In this document: in pieces, positions 1 to 6,852 of the stretch
Position numbering within the stretch: the stretch's first letter is position 1
How the letters are laid out: each line of letters begins with the position of its first letter
IMG/VR virus record: IMGVR_UViG_3300042434_001127
Source: an uncultured virus (IMG/VR IMGVR_UViG_3300042434_001127)
Lineage: Duplodnaviria; Heunggongvirae; Uroviricota; Caudoviricetes
DNA: 64,000 nt
Reading direction: 5' to 3' (one strand)
Program-made: the position numbers and the translations under genes
Notes under the pieces: model-generated
Told to the model about the DNA's origin: nothing
What the model saw: only the letters and a program-made list of their open reading frames with translations
The model's database searches: none

Positions 1-1
1 C

Positions 2-358
2 CGTGGGCGCAAGGGTTACACTTACACTCACCACCCCCTCACTGATACTAACCTCGGTGTGATAAAGTATGCTAACGCTGCAGGATTCACTGTTAACGTT
101 AGCACAGAATCGGTAGAATCTGCCGATAAAGTAATGTCAGAGCACGGCATTCCTGCTGTTGCTGTTGTTAACTCCGATAAGACTGATAGATTCTATCAGA
201 CAGAATCGGGTCGTAAAGTTATCACCTGCCCCGCTACAATTCATGATAACGTAACCTGCAAAACGTGCGGTTTGTGTCAACAATCTGACCGTCAGTTCAT
301 TATAGCTTTCCCCGCACATGGCAACGCTAAAAAGACAGTTAATCAGATTGTCGGTTAG
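2..358 (+). CDS. Phage protein with C-terminal Cys cluster (gp88/DUF7227-like), 5'-truncated
   Basis: Frame is open from base 2 (RGRKGYTYTHH...). C-terminus CPA-x7-CKTCGLC...IIAFPAHG suggests metal/Fe-S binding. Confidence 0.6.
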   Translation, partial: RGRKGYTYTHHPLTDTNLGVIKYANAAGFTVNVSTESVESADKVMSEHGIPAVAVVNSDKTDRFYQTESGRKVITCPATIHDNVTCKTCGLCQQSDRQFIIAFPAHGNAKKTVNQIVG

Positions 359-367
359 TGTTAATCA

Positions 368-391
368 GCCCCCCAACTTAGGGGGGCTTTT
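368..391 (+). terminator. Intrinsic terminator
   Basis: GCCCCCC-AACTTA-GGGGGGC followed by TTTT, 9 nt after the stop codon. Confidence 0.75.
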
Positions 392-422
392 GTATTCTTA
401 AATTTAGTTGAGTTTGTGATAA

Positions 423-494
423 GAACCTAGTTCAGAATGGGGAGAGAAAGTATAAAGAACTGTAAGGGTCTTAAGTATAAAGAACTGAGTTCTT
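423..494. repeat. Direct repeat and palindromes (iteron/operator-like)
   Basis: AAGTATAAAGAACTG at 448-462 and 473-487; palindrome AAGAACT-G-AGTTCTT at 480-494; GAAC-CTA-GTTC at 423-433. Confidence 0.7.
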
Positions 495-568
495 ATAATT
501 CATTGCAGGGTAGGTTACGATCATTGTCATCTACAGGGCTACCCCACCCCTCTGCTGGTTGTGCCCCC

Positions 569-596
569 ATCCTACAGCATGGCACCCCCAGGGCAA
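569..596 (-). promoter_or_regulatory. Putative sigma70-type early promoter
   Basis: Minus strand TTGCCC-16-TAGGAT; shares CCATGCTGTAGGAT with the + strand site at 1179-1192. Confidence 0.5.
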
Positions 597-657
597 GCCC
601 CCTGCAACACTTTGTAACATTAGGAGATCTTATAGCTTCCCTCCCTCACCCCCCTAC

Positions 658-686
658 AATCTAAGGGCGGCTGGGGCTCCTGTCAA
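658..686 (-). promoter_or_regulatory. Sigma70-type promoter
   Basis: Minus strand TTGACA-17-TAGATT, preceded by GGGGC. Confidence 0.65.
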
Positions 687-745
687 GCCCCTGACCTATT
701 AGAATCCCTGATCAGACCGATAAGATACCCTAATCGTTCGGGGGG

Positions 746-773
746 TTGCAATGGGCTGCAGCTGCTGTAGGAT
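746..773 (+). promoter_or_regulatory. Putative early promoter for the 818 ORF
   Basis: TTGCAA-16-TAGGAT, containing the shared TGCTGTAGGAT motif. Confidence 0.55.
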
Positions 774-817
774 ACGGGCATCGGAAGCAAACCTAATTCC
801 CTTCCGATCTCAGACCC

Positions 818-1147
818 GTGACCCGCTTCCAGATCCGTAACCGCATCGCCCGCCAGCTTGGCTACGTGCCCGCCAGCAGCGGCTTCATTGCCGAAGTTAA
901 CCGCCTGGAGCTGGCGGACGGTGTGATGGCTCAGCCCCGCCAGCTGCGGCGTTATGAAGCCATGGCGCTGCTGATGGCTTACAATGAAGCTAAGGCTAAG
1001 GCTGACGCAGCCCGAACCGCCCTGATGGTAGCTGCTGCTGCCTGCGGTCGTGCTAAGGTTGCTGACAAACCGATTGACCGTGTTTTCTGCCGTGCTAGCA
1101 GCGAGCGGCTGTACTTTTGGGCTCAGAACCGTAACGCCCAAGCGTAA
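818..1147 (+). CDS. Hypothetical protein (early region)
   Basis: 109-aa Ala/Arg-rich ORF with GTG start, downstream of a promoter-like site. Confidence 0.55.
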   Translation: MTRFQIRNRIARQLGYVPASSGFIAEVNRLELADGVMAQPRQLRRYEAMALLMAYNEAKAKADAARTALMVAAAACGRAKVADKPIDRVFCRASSERLYFWAQNRNAQA

Positions 1148-1192
1148 CGTATTATGACAGGGGGGCTCAGCCGCCCCCCCATGCTGTAGGAT
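1144..1192 (+). promoter_or_regulatory. Putative early promoter with G/C hairpin
   Basis: GTAACGTATTATGACA, then GGGGGG-N8-CCCCCC, then CATGCTGTAGGAT. Confidence 0.45.
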
Positions 1193-1240
1193 AGGCTCAA
1201 GCGGGAGAGGATCCCGCCATCACCCCCTGAAAGGAGACCC

Positions 1241-1558
1241 ATGGCTAACGCCGTAGACCAGCACCTGACCGATCTTGAGCAGTGGATTGCCACTATCATC
1301 ATGGAGGATCGTAAGCTTAAGGAACAGACCCGCAAGCTTGAGGCACTCAAGAACGACGTGCTAGGTATGATGCGAGCCGATAACATCGGCGCAGTTGATG
1401 TAAGAGAAGGTAAGGTTACTGTTTGTACCCGAACCGCTAAAGATTTTGGCGATTCTTATAAGAAACTTGAGGCAATGCTAAAGGGAGAGAAAGCACGTTT
1501 GGAACATCTTGGGATGTACACTATCACCAGCGTGACACACTATCTGCGGGTTGGTTAG
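1241..1558 (+). CDS. Hypothetical protein (coiled-coil N-terminal half)
   Basis: 105-aa ORF with SD AAGGAG upstream and terminator hairpins downstream. Confidence 0.7.
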   Translation: MANAVDQHLTDLEQWIATIIMEDRKLKEQTRKLEALKNDVLGMMRADNIGAVDVREGKVTVCTRTAKDFGDSYKKLEAMLKGEKARLEHLGMYTITSVTHYLRVG

Positions 1559-1565
1559 ATCTTAT

Positions 1566-1623
1566 GGGGGCAGATTGCCCCCTATTAGTATACCTTATGG
1601 GGCAGTGTTTTGCCCCTTTTTTT
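1566..1623 (+). terminator. Tandem hairpins, the second with a T tract
   Basis: GGGGGCA-GAT-TGCCCCC (1566-1582) and GGGGCA-GTGT-TTTGCCCC + T7 (1599-1623), both preceded by CTTAT. Confidence 0.7.
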
Positions 1624-1746
1624 ATACCCCGCCCCGTGCCCCCCTGATATAAAAACGCCTAACTTCCCTAAGCTATAAGACCTTGAAATCGACCTCTAAA
1701 TATCTCTAAGAATAAAAAATTTTTGCCCCAAAAAAATTCTTATAAG

Positions 1747-1908
1747 ATGAAAAACTTTCAAAGTTTTATAGAGTCAGGCGGCAGCCCTTATCAACCTTAT
1801 AAAGCCCCGCCGATGCCCGCCCCTTCTACCCCACCAGGCGGCTGGGAGGACTTCAAGAAGAAATATCTACCAAAACAAGCATCGACAAAGAAACCCCAGA
1901 TTGCATGA
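1747..1908 (+). CDS. Small late protein with MKNFQSFIE N-terminus (putative internal virion protein)
   Basis: TAAATA at 1697-1702; N-terminus resembles MKSFNQFLSE at 34593; ATG 1747 preferred over 1723. Confidence 0.55.
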   Translation: MKNFQSFIESGGSPYQPYKAPPMPAPSTPPGGWEDFKKKYLPKQASTKKPQIA

Positions 1909-2027
1909 GATCTTATATTGAAATTCGTTATCAGGAACTCTCTTATATTCTGATTACTCTTATCGAACTGCTAAAAATTTTTATTGTTACAAAAAAATCC
2001 CCAGGAAAAAAATTCCCAGGGATTTGA
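1905..2027 (+). CDS. Small hydrophobic hypothetical protein (40 aa)
   Basis: ATGA overlap with the previous stop; MRSYIEIRYQELSYILITLIELLKIFIVTKKSPGKKFPGI; not in the ORF track. Confidence 0.35.
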   Translation: MRSYIEIRYQELSYILITLIELLKIFIVTKKSPGKKFPGI

Positions 2028-2044
2028 TTGTATTGGAGGTTTTA

Positions 2045-2650
2045 TCAGATTGGCTTGACACCAGGGAAGCCGTTTGGATAAGGCTTCAGCTTATCTAAGG
2101 CTTTTCTAGTCTTATTGAGATCATCTGCCATACCATAAGAACCTCTTCTCTGGTCATCAACGGCGGCGGCAGCTCTTTGTGCAAGAGCGGACTGTTCGAC
2201 AATCTCTTTGATCTTATCATCAGACATGACTAGCATGATCTTGTCAGCTGTTTCGACATCACTTGCTAAACCTTCTGAGATAAGATAATCAAGAACAATG
2301 TCATAAGCCTCAGTTTTGCAGTCAGGTACTTCACGACCATTCTTCATTTTTGTACCCTTAGCAACTTTGCCGGGCCAACACTTACTTGCGCCGACGTTCT
2401 TGCGAGCCTGCTTAAGACCTTCTTGCAGCTCAACGCCTTCTACTTTCAGAGTCTTTGGATATCCTTCTTCACCAGGCTTTGCGGGAGCTTCACCACGCTT
2501 TCTCTTAGCATGGATGTTATCCCATAAGCCTCTCTTCTCGTCCAGCTCTTCTGTATTTTCTTCAACAGTTTCTTCCGCAGCCTCTTTCTCATCTACAGCG
2601 TACATCTTAGAGTACGTGTCTAATAACGTTCTGAGTGTTGGATCGTCCAT
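2045..2650 (-). CDS. Modular putative internal virion protein
   Basis: Minus-strand TAAATA at 2676-2681; modules GLWDNIHAKRKRGE, KCWPG...GREVPDC and YDIVLDYLISEG separated by Glu-rich linkers. Confidence 0.7.
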   Translation of the reverse strand: MDDPTLRTLLDTYSKMYAVDEKEAAEETVEENTEELDEKRGLWDNIHAKRKRGEAPAKPGEEGYPKTLKVEGVELQEGLKQARKNVGASKCWPGKVAKGTKMKNGREVPDCKTEAYDIVLDYLISEGLASDVETADKIMLVMSDDKIKEIVEQSALAQRAAAAVDDQRRGSYGMADDLNKTRKALDKLKPYPNGFPGVKPI

Positions 2651-2706
2651 GCGTATCTTATAGTTCTTATAAAATTATTTAGGGAAATCCGTCGTTAAGC
2701 TCATTC

Positions 2707-2735
2707 TTGACACGGATAAATAACTCTGTTAGAAT
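2707..2735 (+). promoter_or_regulatory. Nested sigma70 and late promoter
   Basis: TTGACA-17-TAGAAT with ATAAATA (2716-2722) inside the spacer. Confidence 0.75.
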
Positions 2736-2760
2736 CAATTCGTAAACCCTTGACTAATTT

Positions 2761-3507
2761 ATGGCAAAAGGATTTAGTGTAACGGCGGCGGAACCGCCTA
2801 AGTCTCAAGATGAATTTGATCTTGAAGCAACAAAAGAAATGATTAAAGGTAAGTCTCTGGTTTTCTGCTTGCCTGGTCGCGGATGTTCATATACCTTTCT
2901 GAAGAACTTTGTACAGATGTGCTTTGATCTGGTGCAGATGGGTGTTAGCATCCAGATCTCACAAGATTATAGCTCCATGGTAAACTTTGCCCGTTGCAAG
3001 TGTCTCGGCGCAAACGTTCTTCGTGGGCCTAAGCAGGTTCCTTGGGATGGTAAACTGCAGTATGATTATCAGCTTTGGATCGATAACGACATCGTATTCA
3101 ACACTGAAGGTCTGCTGCGTCTGTTTGCAATGGATAAGGACATTGCTGCAGGTTGGTATGCCACGGAAGATGGTCACACAACCTCCGTTGCTCATTGGCT
3201 GTCTGAAGAGGAATTTAAGAAGAATCGCGGTGTCATGAACCATGAGACCGTGGAATCTATGAGCAAGCGTAAGAAGCCTTTCACCGTTGACTATACTGGT
3301 TTTGGTTGGGTTTTGATCAAGAAAGGTGTGTTTGAATCGCTCACCTATCCTTGGTTTGCTCCTCAAATGCAAGTCTTTGAATCTGGTGAGGTTCAAGATA
3401 TGTGTGGTGAAGACGTTTCATTCTGTCTTGATGCCATCAAAGCTGGCTTTGAGATTTGGTGCAACCCCCTCATTCGCGTAGGACATGAAAAAACCCGAGT
3501 CATCTGA
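2761..3507 (+). CDS. GT-A fold (family 2-like) glycosyltransferase
   Basis: WIDNDIVF (DxD), GFGWVLIKKGVFE, GEDVSFC and VGHEK motifs. Confidence 0.8.
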   Translation: MAKGFSVTAAEPPKSQDEFDLEATKEMIKGKSLVFCLPGRGCSYTFLKNFVQMCFDLVQMGVSIQISQDYSSMVNFARCKCLGANVLRGPKQVPWDGKLQYDYQLWIDNDIVFNTEGLLRLFAMDKDIAAGWYATEDGHTTSVAHWLSEEEFKKNRGVMNHETVESMSKRKKPFTVDYTGFGWVLIKKGVFESLTYPWFAPQMQVFESGEVQDMCGEDVSFCLDAIKAGFEIWCNPLIRVGHEKTRVI

Positions 3508-3691
3508 TCGCTTTGCGATTTTTATCAAAGATGAATTACATGCCGATGATCTTCATTATGAAGACATGGGCAATATGCTACTCGATCTGGCTCAAGATTA
3601 CTATGAGAATGGAGAGCCAGATCCTAAAGACGTACATGTGAAACTTAAATTAGGAGATACTTATGGCGAAGCGCCCATCACTAACCAATAA
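3485..3691 (+). CDS. Hypothetical acidic protein
   Basis: 68-aa ORF overlapping both neighbours. Confidence 0.5.
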   Translation: MKKPESSDRFAIFIKDELHADDLHYEDMGNMLLDLAQDYYENGEPDPKDVHVKLKLGDTYGEAPITNQ

Positions 3692-3803
3692 AGTTCTTAT
3701 TGAAAGTAAGCCCAAGAAGTCCCGTCAGGGGGCTGGAAAGCATACGAAGTATGCAGCAAGTTCACGAAACGGCGCTAGAAAGCGTTATAGAGGACAAGGA
3801 TGA
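3663..3803 (+). CDS. Small highly basic protein (46 aa)
   Basis: SD AGGAG; MAKRPSLTNKVLIESKPKKSRQGAGKHTKYAASSRNGARKRYRGQG; ATGA overlap with the next gene; not in the ORF track. Confidence 0.75.
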   Translation: MAKRPSLTNKVLIESKPKKSRQGAGKHTKYAASSRNGARKRYRGQG

Positions 3804-4258
3804 ATCAAAAGGAAGCGCATATAAGGAACTGGATCAAAGAAGTCTCTAAGCTTAGACCTGAATTGTCTAATTTTGCGATCTGTCCCTTTGCTTCCACCGC
3901 AAATTTTAAGATTGTAGAGTGTAGTATTGACGATATCGAGCCCCTTGATGGGTTCGATGTCGTTATTTTTATTGTTGAAGACGATCTAACAGAAAAAGAC
4001 ATCGATCAATGGGTCGATATATACAATAAAGTCTACAAGACTTGGGATTTTTTCAAGGATTGTGGCTCTTATAGCACCTATATTAGTGGTATTCAGACCA
4101 ATAATGGGCTTTATAACCTCATTTTGGCTCAACCAAATGAAAAATTAAAGATATTTAGAGAAAAATTAGCCCAAACTGAGTATTATGATCACTGGGATGA
4201 TGCATATTTGCAAGAAATCCTCGGTGATGACTATGAAATGGTGAAAAACTCGGGATAG
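3800..4258 (+). CDS. Hypothetical protein (ICPFA motif, DUF1415-like)
   Basis: 152-aa ORF, translationally coupled to the previous gene. Confidence 0.65.
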   Translation: MNQKEAHIRNWIKEVSKLRPELSNFAICPFASTANFKIVECSIDDIEPLDGFDVVIFIVEDDLTEKDIDQWVDIYNKVYKTWDFFKDCGSYSTYISGIQTNNGLYNLILAQPNEKLKIFREKLAQTEYYDHWDDAYLQEILGDDYEMVKNSG

Positions 4259-4299
4259 AAACCCCGCTAAAAGTTCTAAAAGACTTTTATGGAGGTAAC

Positions 4300-4521
4300 A
4301 TGGGACACCCAAATCACTTAGATGGCTCTGTTGATAAGAGCGAAGACTTCGTTAAGAGTGGAATGACACTCATCACTGAGGTTGAATCCGAAAAATGGCT
4401 CAATAAGGCAAGAACCATCAAGCAAAAAGAAGAATTATACTCAATTCCCGAAGATAGACTTAGCCGTCAATGTGGCGGATCTGGTGGTTTTGATGATTTT
4501 GTAGAATGGTGGGCAGAATAG
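4300..4521 (+). CDS. Hypothetical protein
   Basis: Strong SD GGAGG; 73 aa. Confidence 0.65.
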   Translation: MGHPNHLDGSVDKSEDFVKSGMTLITEVESEKWLNKARTIKQKEELYSIPEDRLSRQCGGSGGFDDFVEWWAE

Positions 4522-4523
4522 GC

Positions 4524-4531
4524 TATAAATA
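4524..4531 (+). promoter_or_regulatory. T4-type late promoter
   Basis: TATAAATA upstream of gp25. Confidence 0.8.
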
Positions 4532-4552
4532 ATCAAAAGTCTGTCTATATCA

Positions 4553-4954
4553 ATGTCAGTAACCATCTCCAGGGCTTTTAGGGATATTAGTTTATCCTTT
4601 AAAAAGCATCCTATTACAAGAGATTTAGTTCTACTCAGAAATGAGAATGCAATTAAAAACGCTGTTATGAATCTTGTTAGGACTTCGATTGGTGAGAGGT
4701 TCTTTAATAATCGTATTGGTACGGAAGTTGAGTCCTCATACTTTGAGCTACAGACACCTGAACTTCGTATTCAACTTGAAAACGAGATTACATCAACTCT
4801 AAACAATAATGAACCAAGAATAAGACTCAGAAATGTTACTGTGTCTTTTCCTACTGATAGTAATGAATTAGAAGTTGGTGTGGTTTACGATATTATTGGA
4901 CTATCACTTCCTGTACAGGATATCACGTTTATCCTACAACCAACAAGGGTATAA
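4553..4954 (+). CDS. gp25: Baseplate wedge subunit gp25
   Basis: FRDISLSFKKHP...AIKNAVMNLVRT.IGERFF...EPRIRL; lies before gp6. Confidence 0.92.
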   Translation: MSVTISRAFRDISLSFKKHPITRDLVLLRNENAIKNAVMNLVRTSIGERFFNNRIGTEVESSYFELQTPELRIQLENEITSTLNNNEPRIRLRNVTVSFPTDSNELEVGVVYDIIGLSLPVQDITFILQPTRV

Positions 4955-6846
4955 TGGCGTTTACTCAATTTACGAATCTAGATTTCGATCAAATTAAAAC
5001 ATCCATTAAGGATTATATCAGATCTAACAGTGAATTCACTGATTACGATTTTGAAGGATCAAACCTTTCGATTCTGATTGATACCCTTGCGTATAATACT
5101 TATATTACTGCATACAATACTAATGCAGTTGTTAATGAAGTTTTTCTTGATAGTGCAGTTCTAAGACAAAATGTTGTCTCACTTGCAAGAAATATTGGTT
5201 ATGTACCCCAGTCTAAAAAGGCTGCCAGGGCTGTTGTTACCGTTTTGGCTGGTGTACCTGCCACTGGAATTTCAAGCAGCACCCCGACGCTTACACTAAA
5301 GGCTGGTGTCGTTGCTACAGGCACTGCTAACGACTTAAACTACTCATTCTGTGTTCCTGAGGACATTACAACTTCAGTCAGTGATGGTTATGCTAATTTT
5401 AGAAATATCAGCATTTATGAAGGTTCATTTGTAAAATCTACATTCACAGTTGACAATTCACAACCAGATCAAAAGTTTATTCTTCCTAACCCAGGTGTCG
5501 ATCTTTCAACATTAGTTGTTAAGGTAAGACCATCTGAAGGAGATGAAGTATCAGAAGAATATGAAAAGATTGATAATATTGTAGGTTTAACAACAGTATC
5601 TAAGAAATACCTCGTTCAAGAAGTTTCTGGTGAGAAATATGAATTAGTTTTTGGTGATGGTATTATCGGAAAGAAACTTGATAATAATAATTTCATCGAA
5701 GCCACTTACATTGTAACCAATGGAAAAGAAGCTAACGGTGTTACTAATTTATCTTTTAATGGAGTTATCCTTGACAATACTAACACTTTCATACCTCAAA
5801 CAAACCTCAGTATCACAACAGTAGAATCTGCTGCTGATGGTGCAGAGATTGAATCAATTAAGTCAATCAAGAATTATGCCCCAAGACTTTATGCTTCACA
5901 ATATAGGGCAGTATCAGCAAATGATTATGAAGCCATCATTCCTGCAATTTATCCAAATGCTGCATCAGTATCTGCATATGGCGGCGAAGAATTAGATCCA
6001 CCTCAATATGGTAAAGTTTTTATTGTTATTAAACCTAAGAGTGGGTCTAGCATATCTCTGTTTTCAAAAAGAGAAATTTTAAGGGATCTTAAAAAGTATA
6101 GCATTGCTGGTATTGTACCAGAGATTATTGATCTCAAGTATCTTTATGTTGAGTTAGACTCAAGTGTGTACTATAATCCTAATATGGTCAGTGACATTAA
6201 TAATTTACAAAGTCAAGTTGTTGCATCTTTGACTGAATATGCTGCTGCAAAAGAAACTAATCAATTTGGCGGAAGAGTAAAATATAGTAAAGTTGTAAGT
6301 TTAATTGATAGTACAAGTAATGCAATTACATCTAATATTACTAAAATTAAATTAAGAAGGAATTTGAATGTTGTTCTAAACACGAATGCACAATATGAAA
6401 TCTGTTATGGCAATCAGTTCCATGTTCGTAGTTCTGGATATTCTATTAAATCGAGTGGATTTAAGATTTTGAATAATCCTAACACGTTATATCTTGCTGA
6501 TCAACCAATTACAGCCACATCTGGTAAGATATTTTTCTTCTATTTGGATTCTGTTGGCGAGCCTGTTATCATTAATAATAATGCTGGAACTGTTAATTAT
6601 GAAAAAGGTGAAATTTTATTAAACAGTGTCAATATTACATCAACTAGTAAGCCAAATAATATCGTTGAAATTCAGGCTATTCCTGAATCTAACGATGTTA
6701 TCGGTTTAAAAGACTTATACATAAATCTAGATGTTTCATCTAGCAAATTTACCATGATTAAAGATATTATGTCTTCTGGTGATAATGTAGCTGGAACTAG
6801 ATTTACCACCACTTCAAGTTTTGTCAACGGAAATTACACAAGATAA
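4954..6846 (+). CDS. gp6: Baseplate wedge subunit gp6
   Basis: LDFDQIK...FTDYDFEGSNLSILIDTLAYNTY; RAVSANDYEAI; GGEELDPPQYGKVFI. Confidence 0.95.
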   Translation: MAFTQFTNLDFDQIKTSIKDYIRSNSEFTDYDFEGSNLSILIDTLAYNTYITAYNTNAVVNEVFLDSAVLRQNVVSLARNIGYVPQSKKAARAVVTVLAGVPATGISSSTPTLTLKAGVVATGTANDLNYSFCVPEDITTSVSDGYANFRNISIYEGSFVKSTFTVDNSQPDQKFILPNPGVDLSTLVVKVRPSEGDEVSEEYEKIDNIVGLTTVSKKYLVQEVSGEKYELVFGDGIIGKKLDNNNFIEATYIVTNGKEANGVTNLSFNGVILDNTNTFIPQTNLSITTVESAADGAEIESIKSIKNYAPRLYASQYRAVSANDYEAIIPAIYPNAASVSAYGGEELDPPQYGKVFIVIKPKSGSSISLFSKREILRDLKKYSIAGIVPEIIDLKYLYVELDSSVYYNPNMVSDINNLQSQVVASLTEYAAAKETNQFGGRVKYSKVVSLIDSTSNAITSNITKIKLRRNLNVVLNTNAQYEICYGNQFHVRSSGYSIKSSGFKILNNPNTLYLADQPITATSGKIFFFYLDSVGEPVIINNNAGTVNYEKGEILLNSVNITSTSKPNNIVEIQAIPESNDVIGLKDLYINLDVSSSKFTMIKDIMSSGDNVAGTRFTTTSSFVNGNYTR

Positions 6847-6852
6847 CGAAGA

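Noticed and set aside
423..494. LexA/SOS box or CRISPR repeat
   Set aside because: Spacer is N3 rather than N4; only two 15-bp copies 10 nt apart, with no spacer array or cas genes
603..619. TGCAACACTTTGTAACA as an NtcA box
   Set aside because: Does not fit GTA-N8-TAC spacing
437..664. 75-aa + strand ORF
   Set aside because: Runs across repeats, C-runs and opposing promoters; no protein-like features or SD
683..1386. Minus-strand ORFs 683-1141 and 1123-1386
   Set aside because: Antisense shadows of the 818 and 1241 ORFs, which have promoter or SD support
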